Shown here: one piece after another, positions 35,223 through 45,159 of the stretch
Numbering within the stretch: the stretch's first letter is position 1
Layout: each line of letters opens with the position of its first letter
From: Candidatus Saccharimonadota bacterium
Lineage (GTDB): Bacteria; Patescibacteriota; Saccharimonadia; Saccharimonadales; SZUA-47
NCBI GenBank assembly: GCA_016700315.1
Contig: CP065013.1
Coordinates: forward strand, 513,449 to 577,448
DNA length: 64,000 bases
Direction: 5' to 3'
The notes under the pieces: generated by a model
Told to the model about the DNA's origin: nothing
The model's input: only the letters and a program-made list of their open reading frames with translations
The model's database searches: none
Position numbers and translations under genes: made by a program

Positions 35223-36806
35223 ATGCGAAAAATCATTAATCGTGCTAACAAAAAAGTTTCTTTCGGCGGCGCAGCTGGATTATTGATAATGGCGGCGCTA
35301 CTGAGCCAGGCCCTCGGATTTTTGCGTAACCGTCTTATAAGCGCCAACTTTACATCAGTTGATCCCGGCAGTAGTGATGCGTTTTTTGCAGCTTTTCAGA
35401 TCCCAGATTTCTTTTTCTACACGATTGCTGCTGGAGCACTGGGTGTGGCTTTTATCCCGTTTTTGTCTGATAAGTTAGAAGCTGGCGACAGGCGAGGAGC
35501 CTGGGAGCTGACTAGCAGCCTGCTCAATGCGTTGATAATTGTAATGGGCGCTATTTCCATTTTTATGTTCATTTTTGCCAAGCCGCTAGTACATGCTATA
35601 GCTCCCGATCTGCCGCAAAACCATCTTAGCGACGCTGTTAGAATCATGCAGTTTATCTCAATCAATCCGCTTTTGTTTTCACTTTCAGGAGTCATAACCA
35701 GTGTGCAGCAAGCGATTGGAAGGTTTTTCTTTTTTGCTTTTGCGCCGATAGTTTATAACCTCAGCATCATTGCTAGTATTTTTATTTTTCGGGACTCGAT
35801 TGGGATAGTTGGTCTGGGCATTGGCGCGCTCGTGGGGGCTTCGCTTCAGCTTTTGATAGCGGTTTTGGGGCTGCTAGGCCTAAACTTTGAGTATCATCGC
35901 AAAATCCATTGGCGCAGCGCATCTTTTAAAAGTGTGCTACAAAAGTTACCTGCCCGTTCGCTTGATCAAGGTGTCGACCAGATTAACTCGATTGTCGAAA
36001 CTAACCGTGCTCAAACGCTTGGCGTAGGTCCTGTTAGCTACTACAACTATGCGCTGACACTGATGAACGTACCGGTTATGCTTATTGGTAACTCAATTTC
36101 TACTGCTGCATTTCCAAGGTTAGTTGAGCGGCTCGCTAGTGGCCGGACAGATCTGTTTCGAAAGGACTTTACCAGTATTTTAAGATTAATCATTTGGGTG
36201 ACCATGCCAGTTTTGGTAATTTGTTTTTTCTGCCGCGCTTATCTAGCACGTTTAATATACGGTAATGTCGCCCGTGACGTGGCGCTGATCTTTGGCTACC
36301 TGACTGGAGCTATCTTTTTCCGTATTATTTATTCGATGCTTTCACGCTGGTTTTATGCCCAAAAAGACACTAAAACTCCACTTTATGTTTCGTTATTTGC
36401 GATTGGCCTTAACATCTACTTGGCGTTCTCGTTGGCTCGTCCCAGCGCTTACGGAGTCGCAGGGTTGGCGCTAGCCCAATCGATAGTTGCCGCTAGTGAA
36501 GTGCTTGTTCTGCTAATTATCATGATTAAGCGAGATCATCGTATCTTCGGACGCTATTTTCAGGAAGGTATTGTTAAGATCGCCTCTGTTACCGGCTTCA
36601 CCATGACGGCAACATTTATCATGATGAGCTTGCTGCCTTTGGATAAAGCAGACCGTGGTATCGTCACGCTTGGTTCTAAGTTAGGACTAATTACACTGGT
36701 CAGTATTTTGGTGCATCTGGTATTTTCGTATCTATTAAGAATTGAAGAGGCCAGGGCTTTTATCAATGATGTTGCCAGAGCCATCTTCAAACCGATCAAA
36801 TTGTGA
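35223..36806 (+). CDS. murJ: Lipid II flippase MurJ
   Basis: 527 aa with about 14 TM helices. The N-terminus SRxLGFLRNRLI... is MviN/MurJ-like. Confidence 0.8.
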   Translation: MRKIINRANKKVSFGGAAGLLIMAALLSQALGFLRNRLISANFTSVDPGSSDAFFAAFQIPDFFFYTIAAGALGVAFIPFLSDKLEAGDRRGAWELTSSLLNALIIVMGAISIFMFIFAKPLVHAIAPDLPQNHLSDAVRIMQFISINPLLFSLSGVITSVQQAIGRFFFFAFAPIVYNLSIIASIFIFRDSIGIVGLGIGALVGASLQLLIAVLGLLGLNFEYHRKIHWRSASFKSVLQKLPARSLDQGVDQINSIVETNRAQTLGVGPVSYYNYALTLMNVPVMLIGNSISTAAFPRLVERLASGRTDLFRKDFTSILRLIIWVTMPVLVICFFCRAYLARLIYGNVARDVALIFGYLTGAIFFRIIYSMLSRWFYAQKDTKTPLYVSLFAIGLNIYLAFSLARPSAYGVAGLALAQSIVAASEVLVLLIIMIKRDHRIFGRYFQEGIVKIASVTGFTMTATFIMMSLLPLDKADRGIVTLGSKLGLITLVSILVHLVFSYLLRIEEARAFINDVARAIFKPIKL

Positions 36807-36853
36807 TTAGCTAACAGAGGTGAAATCTGTTATAATTTTGTATAAATAACATT

Positions 36854-38650
36854 ATGAACCAATCACACATTCGTAACTTTTGTATTATCGCGCATATTGA
36901 TCATGGCAAGTCGACTTTGGCTGATCGACTACTAGAGTTGACTGGAACAGTTCAGAAGCGAGATATGAAGGCGCAGTTGCTCGACAAAATGGATCTAGAA
37001 CGTGAGAAGGGTATCACTATTAAGCTTGCTCCTGTGCGTATGGATTATGAACTTGACGGAGCAAAAAAGTATCAGCTGAATCTTATCGATACCCCAGGTC
37101 ATGTAGATTTTAGCTACGAAGTAAGCCGTAGTCTGCAGGCTTGTGAGGGCGCGATTTTGGTTGTGGATGCCGCGCAGGGTATACAAGCACAGACGCTCGC
37201 TAATGTTTATTTAGCTATTGAGGCAGATCTCAAAATCATTCCCGTGCTTAACAAAATCGATCTGCCGGCCGCCGATGTTGAAAGAGTTAGCACGGAGGTG
37301 GTAAGTCTACTTGGCTGCTCCAAGGAAGAGATTATTCTTATTAGCGCTAAAACTGGGCTGGGCGTCGAGGAAGTACTTCGCGCTGTCGTTGAGCGGATTC
37401 CAGCTCCATCAGACGATGGTGATCCAGAAACAAAGGCTCTTATTTTTGACAGCTACTACGATGATTATCGCGGAGTTGTACTTTATGTTCGAGTGGTCGA
37501 CGGTGCAATTGGCAAGAGTTCTGAAGTTCATATGATCGGTAGCAGTGCCGATGGTGTGGCCTTAGAAGTTGGGCACTTGAGCCCAGAAATGAAGCCAGAC
37601 CAGCAGCTAGCTAAAGGCGAGATTGGCTACATTGTGACTAACCTGCGTTCAACTCGTGAGGCTAAGGTTGGCGATACGGTAACACTTGTCAAGGCGCCTG
37701 CCTCGTCCCCATTGCCGGGCTACAAAGAAGTGACGCCGTTTGTTTACGCTGGGTTTTTCCCAGAGAGCAACGAAGATTACCAGAACCTAAAAGATGCCAT
37801 CGAGAAGTTGTCTCTCAGTGATTCGGCACTACAATACAGTCTTGAAAATTCGCCTGTGCTCGGTTTTGGAGTAAGAATCGGCTTTTTGGGACTGCTGCAT
37901 ATGGACATTGTGCGGGAGCGTTTGGCCCGCGAATATGACCTAAGCTTGGTTGTCACAAACCCCTCAACAGATTATTACGTAGGTATGAAAAACGGCGATC
38001 GGCTACATATAAAGTCGGCTAGTGAGCTGCCGGATCAAACCATGTTCGACTCGATCGAAGAGCCTTGGATAAAGGGCGAAGTTGTTTGCCCTAAAGAGTT
38101 CGTCGGATCTGTTATTCAGCTCATATCTTCTAAGCGGGGGGTTCAAAAAAATCTGTCCTATGTTGACGCCCAATTGGCGCTAATAAGTTTTGATGCGCCA
38201 CTCGCTAACCTGCTGACCGACTTCTATGATCAACTCAAAAGCATAACTAGCGGCTACGGCTCGTTTAACTACGAACTCAGCGGTTACCGCGCCGAAGATT
38301 TAGTAAAGGTAGACTTCTATGTTGCTGGGGATAGAGTAGATGCTCTCAGTGTCATGACGCACCGCTCGGAATCTCAAGCACTGGGGCGTGACACTGTTAA
38401 AAAGCTGAAAGAGATTATCCCTCGTCAGAACTTCCAGATTGCACTCCAAGCCGGTATCGGCGGTAAGTTTATCGCACGTGAAGACATCTCAGGCTACCGC
38501 AAAGATGTAACGGCCAAACTCTACGGTGGCGATGCTAGCCGCCGCAAAAAACTACTCGAAAAGCAAAAGAAGGGCAAAGAACGCATGAAGCGCTTCGGTA
38601 AAGTCGATATCCCTAGCGAGGCTTTCACAGTCTTACTAAAGCGCGATTAA
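36854..38650 (+). CDS. lepA: Elongation factor 4
   Basis: IRNFCIIAHIDHGKSTLADRLL, DTPGHVDF, NKIDL, and the LepA C-terminal domain. Confidence 0.95.
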   Translation: MNQSHIRNFCIIAHIDHGKSTLADRLLELTGTVQKRDMKAQLLDKMDLEREKGITIKLAPVRMDYELDGAKKYQLNLIDTPGHVDFSYEVSRSLQACEGAILVVDAAQGIQAQTLANVYLAIEADLKIIPVLNKIDLPAADVERVSTEVVSLLGCSKEEIILISAKTGLGVEEVLRAVVERIPAPSDDGDPETKALIFDSYYDDYRGVVLYVRVVDGAIGKSSEVHMIGSSADGVALEVGHLSPEMKPDQQLAKGEIGYIVTNLRSTREAKVGDTVTLVKAPASSPLPGYKEVTPFVYAGFFPESNEDYQNLKDAIEKLSLSDSALQYSLENSPVLGFGVRIGFLGLLHMDIVRERLAREYDLSLVVTNPSTDYYVGMKNGDRLHIKSASELPDQTMFDSIEEPWIKGEVVCPKEFVGSVIQLISSKRGVQKNLSYVDAQLALISFDAPLANLLTDFYDQLKSITSGYGSFNYELSGYRAEDLVKVDFYVAGDRVDALSVMTHRSESQALGRDTVKKLKEIIPRQNFQIALQAGIGGKFIAREDISGYRKDVTAKLYGGDASRRKKLLEKQKKGKERMKRFGKVDIPSEAFTVLLKRD

Positions 38651-38764
38651 TAGCTATGCTCTTCATGCGTTCTTTTGATTGCCGGGGTCCCCAAAAAACA
38701 TGTTTTTTGGGGTGTGGCCGCATGAAGCGCTTCGGTAAAGTCGATATCCCTAGCGAGGCTTTCA
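38582..38764 (+). repeat. 46-bp perfect direct repeat of the lepA 3' end flanking a 91-bp insert with a 24-nt palindrome
   Basis: 38582-38627 equals 38719-38764. The palindrome CCCCAAAAAACATGTTTTTTGGGG is at 38689-38712. Confidence 0.85.
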
Positions 38765-38786
38765 GTACCCATAATAAGAAACAAAT

Positions 38787-39107
38787 TTAATTTCCAGAAT
38801 CAGAATTATAAAGTTCAGGTGGCGAAGTTTCTATAATGCGAACACCGCTCACTAAAGCACTTATACCTAATCCTGCAAAAACCTCTTGAGCAGTTTTTCG
38901 GGCATCATTACTAGTACCATTGTTAATGAATACCTCCACCCTTGGTGGACTTGCAAATGGATTAATAGTAACTTCAGACCAAGTTTTTGTCGTTTGTTGG
39001 CGCATGTAATCACTCAATATCTGCCAAGCTAATTCAAGTTCTTCTGGTGAATCCATAGTATAAATATAAAACATGCTAGCTATTAAATCAACATGATTTA
39101 AGCACAA
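38787..39107 (-). CDS. Hypothetical protein (106 aa)
   Basis: ORF only. Confidence 0.4.
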   Translation of the reverse strand: MCLNHVDLIASMFYIYTMDSPEELELAWQILSDYMRQQTTKTWSEVTINPFASPPRVEVFINNGTSNDARKTAQEVFAGLGISALVSGVRIIETSPPELYNSDSGN

Positions 39108-39150
39108 GTGTTTTCCCGGTAAACATGATCTTATGCGATAATGGTTATGG

Positions 39151-39834
39151 ATGCAAAAGACCGAATTTATTCAATGGGCAACTCAGCTGGCGATAAACTA
39201 CAAGCCGGCTGCTGACGTTTTAGAAAAATTGAAACACGTTCGAGTGATTTCTTTTGTCGGACCAACTGGGGTTGGCAAGACAACCCTGATTCATGCTAGC
39301 GGTCTACCCTACGTTTTGAGCGATGTTACACGTGACAAGCGAGAAGGTGAAAAAGACGACCATGACTATCATTTCAAAAACAATTACGAAGAGATTTTAA
39401 CAGATATAAAGCAGGGTCAATATGTCCAGTTTGTCATCAACACTAACCACGAGTTTTATGGTACGCGTGCCAACCAGTACCCTGATGGTGGCGTTTGTGC
39501 TATGGCAATAATTGCCAAGGCCATACCGCAGTTTCGGACACTTGGTTTTGCCGATATTTTGCCGATTTATATTTTGCCGCCGAGCTACGTCGAGTGGATG
39601 CACCGCATCGGTTCAGCCCGCAGTAGTGACCTAGAAGCTCGTTTTACAGAAGCGCGCGAAAGCTTGCCAATAGCTCTTGCCGACCCTACCTATCACTTCG
39701 TGCTGAACGACAATATTGAAGATGCAGTAGATGACATCAAGCTGATAGCAGAGGGTAAGCCAATTGCTGAGCACCGAGATTTTCTGGCACGCCAAACAGC
39801 TGAACTGCTTATTGGAAGACTTGGCGAGGTATAG
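39151..39834 (+). CDS. Guanylate-kinase-like P-loop protein (paralog 1)
   Basis: GPTGVGKTT and SDVTRDKREGEKDDHDYHF. Confidence 0.55.
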   Translation: MQKTEFIQWATQLAINYKPAADVLEKLKHVRVISFVGPTGVGKTTLIHASGLPYVLSDVTRDKREGEKDDHDYHFKNNYEEILTDIKQGQYVQFVINTNHEFYGTRANQYPDGGVCAMAIIAKAIPQFRTLGFADILPIYILPPSYVEWMHRIGSARSSDLEARFTEARESLPIALADPTYHFVLNDNIEDAVDDIKLIAEGKPIAEHRDFLARQTAELLIGRLGEV

Positions 39835-39854
39835 AGAATATGTTAGTGTAAGTT

Positions 39855-40592
39855 ATGACTGACGTTACTCTAACAAAAATTGCAGATTTTCAAAACGTAC
39901 TTGCAAACTACTCTCCTAGCAAAGCGACTCTTAATACTTTGGCTTCAATGCCACTTGGCATAATGGTAGGGATTACAGGTGCTGGGAAAAATACTATCAT
40001 GAACCAGCTGATGAATATCGGTGGTTACTACATCATAGTTTCTGATACCACTCGGCCTCCGAAAGTTCGTGATGGGCGTATGGAAGTTGACGGGCTACAG
40101 TATAACTTTGTAAGTGAGGATGCGTTCTTAGATGGGCTAAGAAGTGGCGACTATATCGAAGCAGAGATTATTCATAGGCAACAAGTTTCTGGTGCGAACA
40201 GCCATGAGCTAGAGAAAGCAGCCAAAAGCGGAAAAATACCGATCAACGAAATCGAGATTAAGGGTGCTAAGCGGATTGCTGAGTATAAGCCAGACACCAA
40301 ATTCTTTTTTATTGTTCCGCCAAGTTACAAAGAATGGATGTCGCGACTGCTTGGACGTGAGGTAATGACTGAAGAAGAAAAAGCCAAAAGAATCTCTACA
40401 GCAATCGACGAACTCGAAGTAGGACTGGGGCACGATGAATTCATTTTTGTGATAAATGACTCAAGTGAAAAGTCGGCGAGCATGATCAATGAAATCATGC
40501 ACGGACGTCGTTTTGACGATCATCATGATGAAGCAGTTGCTGCCGCCAAAGAAATCTTAGCAGACATAAAACAGCATCACTCGAATCGTTAG
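39855..40592 (+). CDS. Guanylate-kinase-like P-loop protein (paralog 2)
   Basis: GITGAGKNT and SDTTRPPKVRDGRMEVDGLQYNFV. Confidence 0.55.
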   Translation: MTDVTLTKIADFQNVLANYSPSKATLNTLASMPLGIMVGITGAGKNTIMNQLMNIGGYYIIVSDTTRPPKVRDGRMEVDGLQYNFVSEDAFLDGLRSGDYIEAEIIHRQQVSGANSHELEKAAKSGKIPINEIEIKGAKRIAEYKPDTKFFFIVPPSYKEWMSRLLGREVMTEEEKAKRISTAIDELEVGLGHDEFIFVINDSSEKSASMINEIMHGRRFDDHHDEAVAAAKEILADIKQHHSNR

Positions 40593-40593
40593 A

Positions 40594-40620
40594 CTGGCGC
40601 TCGGTTGCCTAGAGTGCCAA
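40594..40620 (+). promoter_or_regulatory. CIRCE-like operator upstream of hrcA
   Basis: CTGGCGCTC-N9-GAGTGCCAA matches TTAGCACTC-N9-GAGTGCTAA at 14/18 positions. A TATAAT follows at about 40628. Confidence 0.55.
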
Positions 40621-40639
40621 AATAAAGTATAATCAGCTT

Positions 40640-41344
40640 ATGATATCTGAGCGTCAAAAGAAAATTCTAGCGAGTATAATCGAGCAGTACGCCGAAGTTG
40701 CTAGCCCAGTTGGCAGCCAACTTTTAGCCAAAGTTTTTGGAGTCTCCAGCGCTACGATCCGCGCCGAAATGGCTGAGCTCGAAGAGCTAGGGTTTATCGC
40801 GCAACCCCATACAAGCGCTGGCCGGGTGCCGACCGATAAAGGCTATCGCTACTATGTCAACAGCATTACCGAAGGCGGCGAGCAGCCAGTGCTTGATTCA
40901 CGCTCAAATCGCGCTTTGTCGGCTAGAGTTGGTGGTGGCGGAAGTAATGAGCGAATAATCAGAAACGCAGTCGACACTTTAGTGGAGCTGACTCACAATT
41001 TAAGTCTTGCGACAATCGGTAATCAGCTATACATGAGCGGGCTTTCAAATTTGTTTGGTCAGCCAGAGTTCGTTAGTCCGCGCCAAGTTCAAGAAGTCGC
41101 CCGCCTACTCGACAATATCGAGCCTTGGCTACGCGAAGCAGCACCAAATGAGCCACTGAATGTATTTATCGGCCACGAGAACCCAATTGGCCGCTCTGCT
41201 GGCGCTTCGCTTATCATTAGTCGTTTCAGAAGCCCGTATAGCGACCGTAGTTTCATCGGTGTAGTCGGCCCAACTCGTCAAAACTACCGCGAGGTGATGA
41301 GCTTGGTTTCACAAGCTGGTCAAATGCTAGAAGGAGCTCTGTAA
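40640..41344 (+). CDS. hrcA: Heat-inducible transcription repressor HrcA (short form)
   Basis: N-terminal winged helix: RQKKILASIIEQYAEVASPVGSQLLA...SSATIRAEMAELEELGF...HTSAGRVPTDKGYRYYV. Confidence 0.8.
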   Translation: MISERQKKILASIIEQYAEVASPVGSQLLAKVFGVSSATIRAEMAELEELGFIAQPHTSAGRVPTDKGYRYYVNSITEGGEQPVLDSRSNRALSARVGGGGSNERIIRNAVDTLVELTHNLSLATIGNQLYMSGLSNLFGQPEFVSPRQVQEVARLLDNIEPWLREAAPNEPLNVFIGHENPIGRSAGASLIISRFRSPYSDRSFIGVVGPTRQNYREVMSLVSQAGQMLEGAL

Positions 41345-41346
41345 CT

Positions 41347-41607
41347 ATGGGGCGAGATAAGTTAGCTAGGAATCGTGTATACGGCGAGTGCTTTGATACA
41401 TTAAGGCTCGCAGAGATGCTAGACTCAGCTAGCGCAAGAAGGCCATCAAACTACCTAAAAGCAGCGGCAGATGAACTATTTGGGGGAGATCTAAGTGGTC
41501 AATTCACCGATACTATGAACCTAGCACAAAAAGATGCTGTTAAGGCTGCCGGGCGCGATTTTCGAGCGCTCGAAACAGCTGTTAATAAAGCCCTTAGGGG
41601 TTCATAA
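41347..41607 (+). CDS. Hypothetical protein (86 aa)
   Basis: ORF tightly packed between hrcA and grpE. Confidence 0.45.
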   Translation: MGRDKLARNRVYGECFDTLRLAEMLDSASARRPSNYLKAAADELFGGDLSGQFTDTMNLAQKDAVKAAGRDFRALETAVNKALRGS

Positions 41608-42074
41608 TGGCTAAAAAGCAGCCTAATCTCGAAGAAATTGCCGAGCAACTAGCCCAAGAAGTAGCTCAGCTCACCGAAGCCCTACAGCGTGAACGAGCCG
41701 ACGCTAGCAACGTACGTCGCCGTGCCGACGAGGATCGTGCCAAAATGGCCAGCTTCTACAAGTCGGCTGTTATCAAAGAACTGTTGCCAGTAATAGATAA
41801 TTTTGAGAGGGCGCTACAGCACACGCCAGCAGAGCTTGCGGCCAATGATTTCGTTAAAGGTATTGAAGGAATCATTAAGCAGTTTGGCACCACCCTAGAA
41901 AAACTAGGTGTACAGCGCATAAAAACGGTCGGCGAGAGCTTCGACCCGGCTTTTCACGAGGCCGTTAGTGCCGAAGGCGAAGGTGAGCACGAAGTCGTCA
42001 GTGAAGAGCTGCAAAGCGGCTGGCTAATTGGAGACGAAGTCATCCGCCACGCCATGGTAAGAGTCAAGAGTTGA
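41607..42074 (+). CDS. grpE: Nucleotide exchange factor GrpE
   Basis: LLPVIDNFERAL...FDPAFHEAV...GDEVIRHAMVRV. Confidence 0.9.
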   Translation: MAKKQPNLEEIAEQLAQEVAQLTEALQRERADASNVRRRADEDRAKMASFYKSAVIKELLPVIDNFERALQHTPAELAANDFVKGIEGIIKQFGTTLEKLGVQRIKTVGESFDPAFHEAVSAEGEGEHEVVSEELQSGWLIGDEVIRHAMVRVKS

Positions 42075-42104
42075 CAAAATAAACATTAATGCTATAATGT
42101 CAGC

Positions 42105-42320
42105 ATGGATAAGTACCCAATTTCACCAGAAGAAAGAAAAAAGATTGAGGCCGCCGATGAAGCTTCTAGAGCTGAGGCTGCGCAAATCCTAGGTCCTCAG
42201 GTTGCCGAACAGTTTTTCGCTTACACCGATGCTAAAAGACAAGAACTAAAACCATCCAGCATCACTCGTGAAGAGGCCTACATGTACAGGCAAAATACCG
42301 GTAGCGAAGAAGGCTTTTAA
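42105..42320 (+). CDS. Hypothetical protein (71 aa)
   Basis: ORF only. Its stop codon lies within the putative target-site duplication of the transposon. Confidence 0.4.
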   Translation: MDKYPISPEERKKIEAADEASRAEAAQILGPQVAEQFFAYTDAKRQELKPSSITREEAYMYRQNTGSEEGF

Positions 42321-42324
42321 AAAA

Positions 42325-43363
42325 CCAGCTTCACATAACTCCTAATCTGTAGTCTCATCCAATTAGCAGAGGTTGCGTCAGCAGCCTCTGTTGTGGTTTT
42401 GTGTAGTGTATTGAGGGTTTCTTTGGTTGTAGCTGGTAGCATATTAATCCGCTGAGTAGGTTGACTACGAAGTTGTTAGGGCTTCGGTGTCTAGTGTGTT
42501 CGATCTGTTGGGTATTTTTGAGCTGATCGTTGATGGTCTCGATGATGGATCGCTTTCTCAGCATCAGTTTATCCCAGAGGCTCATCAGATGATTCTTCAT
42601 GTTGCGTCTAATGCCTGTGATGAGATGAACACCCTTTTGGAGTGGTGAAAGAAATAGCTCGTGTCCAATGTAACCTTTGTCAGCATAGAGTTTGCCCGTT
42701 AGCTTTTCTGTCAGTTTGAGCATCAGTGCTTGATTGTTGTCTGGGGCGTGACCTGGTGAGAGCAGGAATGAGATGATCTCACCTCGTTCATTGAAGGTCA
42801 GATGCAGTTTCAAACCAAAGAACCAGCCCATGGAGCTCTTGCCTCTGGTTGCAATGCCTTTGAAGACTCGATGCTTCCAGATCCGCTTGTTGTTACAAAC
42901 ATCCAGTGTCGTACTGTCCACGAAGTTGACGAGTGTGGCTGGTGCGAGAAGACTGATCATGAGAGCAAGGAGTGGCAACATACTCTCACGCATCAGTCTG
43001 AGGAATCGTGTATAGCTAACCCTGTTTGGGAAGGCATCAACCAGATGCATGCAGATATGTTCAAGGTAGTATTTCTTGAACTGACGATAGCCGCTGGCAT
43101 GAAACCAGATACAGATAGTCAGTCATTACTTCAGAGAGTGTCATGGCACCCTGTTTGTTACGAACCCGTTCTCCAGATTCAATCTGTTTTGATCTCCACT
43201 CAGGCTCAAATTTCTTGCAGAACTCGTCAACGATGTAGAATAGTGTTACTAGCTCCATATACGTGTCTCCTTTTTGTTTTATGTTTTGTTACAGAAACAG
43301 AATAACAGGGCTGACGCCCTGTTATCTACAAAACAAAATGGGGACTCTTATGTGAAGCTGGGG
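42325..43363 (-). mobile_element. IS982-family insertion sequence, copy A
   Basis: About 1.04 kb with terminal inverted repeats (CC)CCAGCTTCACATAA. It is identical over the aligned parts to copy B at 45383-47535. Confidence 0.85.
42355..43258 (-). pseudogene. IS982-family DDE transposase, frameshifted (65-aa plus 231-aa ORFs)
   Basis: FHASGYRQFKKYY can be read only after a frame change. A TGAC TGAC tandem duplication at about 43118-43125 accounts for this. DDE-region motifs are ...DSTTLDVC...ADKGYIG... Confidence 0.8.
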
Positions 43364-43530
43364 TTACCTACTATGCTGGAAAGATCGAGCGTGGCCTATC
43401 AACGCTTGAGCCAAAGCCACTTAATAGCACCTTTAATGAGTCCGCCAATATGAGTGATGCTGACTTACGAAAATTATCGACGTTAGCAATTAAGCTGCCA
43501 GGACTTGACCGAAATCTTACCAAAATCAAA

Positions 43531-44151
43531 CTACTGAGCTAGCTCGATCGTATTAAGCAGTGCTGTATCGCCCTGATTGACTAGCTGGAACGCTGTACCT
43601 TCTGGTTGACAGTTGCTTTCAGCATCACCGTATGTACCAACACAAGCTGCCCCTGTAGCAAGACTACTGAAAGCCCAGCCAGTGTAATAATAGTAGGGGC
43701 CAACTTTCTTACCTTCTTTGATCATATCGCCAGCAAAAGGCTTTGTGCTATTAGTAGATCTGTATAGGTTACCTATTGCGTATTCTGAAAGACCGTCAGC
43801 GTACTTGTCATAATCAGTCCTATACTGAACATCTGTCCCGGTAGGCTTGGCAAAGAAAGCCAATGTATCACCGTGAATTGTGTACTTGATGTCAGTCAAG
43901 CCGCTAGGGGCCTTGAAGCGCAGTCCCCACTCTTTCACTACAAAGTAACCCCCGTTAGGGTCAGTTTTATTCGTGGGCTCAGCAGTAGCCTCTTCCTTCT
44001 GCTCAATAGTGTTGGTTTGGGAGGTTGGGTATTCAGTTGTTTTAGTTTTTTGGCGGTTATAGACGAGCCAGCCAACAGTACCAAGCAAACCAATCACTAC
44101 AATAACAACCAGTATTTCTACAACCCCAAAACCCTTTTGATTATTTTTCAT
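43531..44151 (-). CDS. Type IV pilin-like protein (prepilin N-terminal domain)
   Basis: The start at MKNNQKGFGVVEILVVIVVIGLLG fits the G|FxxxE class III signal. Located inside the composite transposon. Confidence 0.6.
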   Translation of the reverse strand: MKNNQKGFGVVEILVVIVVIGLLGTVGWLVYNRQKTKTTEYPTSQTNTIEQKEEATAEPTNKTDPNGGYFVVKEWGLRFKAPSGLTDIKYTIHGDTLAFFAKPTGTDVQYRTDYDKYADGLSEYAIGNLYRSTNSTKPFAGDMIKEGKKVGPYYYYTGWAFSSLATGAACVGTYGDAESNCQPEGTAFQLVNQGDTALLNTIELAQ

Positions 44152-44251
44152 CTCAGCAGCCCACACCTTTCTTAAAGTTTGAAATCGTTTGCCCCCAGTA
44201 TAATCCTACAGCTTAATGTTTGTATATAGGACTAGGTTTCATTACTTAGTT

Positions 44252-44500
44252 CTAAAGACATTTATACATATCAGGCGCAAAAGACCTGAAAATGACGATT
44301 ATAAGTGCTAAAACTAAAATCATTCTTACATTTTTTTGATGTAAGGATTTTTTCATTTCAGGATTTGAAATTGATTTATTAGCTTTAGTCTCTTTAGCAA
44401 TTATTATTATAGCTACAAATATTAAAAGTAGTGTGATCACATCTTTAAAGTCGAGTACTCTAGAACAACTGTACATTGTCATTTTTGCGATAATATCCAT
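44252..44500 (-). CDS. Small hypothetical membrane protein
   Basis: 82 aa with two hydrophobic helices, in a very AT-rich segment. Confidence 0.35.
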   Translation of the reverse strand: MDIIAKMTMYSCSRVLDFKDVITLLLIFVAIIIIAKETKANKSISNPEMKKSLHQKNVRMILVLALIIVIFRSFAPDMYKCL

Positions 44501-44634
44501 TACTAATTTATCCTTTACTTTATTTAGTAATACTTAAACTGGCTAAGTATATAATTAGTATAATAGTTAATATTACAAGTATTTTTTTAATCATTATAGT
44601 ATTAACATTAACACAATTCGTGTATTATTAGCTA

Positions 44635-45048
44635 GTGAAACAGCAAGAAGAATTATACTTATCAAAATTAGCAGTGTTTGGAGTAGGGTTTTTGTGTGCT
44701 ATGATAGCTTTTCAAAAAGATTTGTTTATTTTTACTGCGATCCCTCTGTTGCCATTTGTAGTATTACTGTTGTTAGCCGCAAGGTCGAGCGCCGTAAAGA
44801 TAATTAATAACCAAATGTCTACTACTAAAACAGCTAAAGAAATTTACATTCTGCTTTTGATCTTAGTGCCATTCAATTACTTAAGTATGCCACATGTCGC
44901 ATCAAATGGCCCCAGTAAAGCTTTCGTCTTCATCGAAAACGCTTCCGATCAGTTGCTGGCTACTTCTTTTAAAGCATTTTTAATAAGCGGACTGCTGATT
45001 TTGATCTTGACCGTAGTAATCGTTTTCTTAGAACCAAGAAAAAATTAA
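44635..45048 (+). CDS. Hypothetical membrane protein
   Basis: 137 aa with four hydrophobic segments, AT-rich. Followed by the terminator GACTTTCT-N8-AGAAAGTC plus a T-run at about 45127-45157. Confidence 0.4.
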   Translation: MKQQEELYLSKLAVFGVGFLCAMIAFQKDLFIFTAIPLLPFVVLLLLAARSSAVKIINNQMSTTKTAKEIYILLLILVPFNYLSMPHVASNGPSKAFVFIENASDQLLATSFKAFLISGLLILILTVVIVFLEPRKN

Positions 45049-45159
45049 AAAACTACGATTGTTCGAGCATACGGATACTAACAATATCTAAGCCTTAGTT
45101 TGGTGATAAAGATCGAAGTATACTTCGACTTTCTGCACCATAGAGAAAGTCTTTTTTTA

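Noticed and set aside
42802-43305. 167-aa ORF (and its twin at 45441-45944) inside the IS982 copies.
   Set aside because: It is antisense to the recognisable DDE transposase frame and has no family features. It appears twice only because the IS is duplicated.
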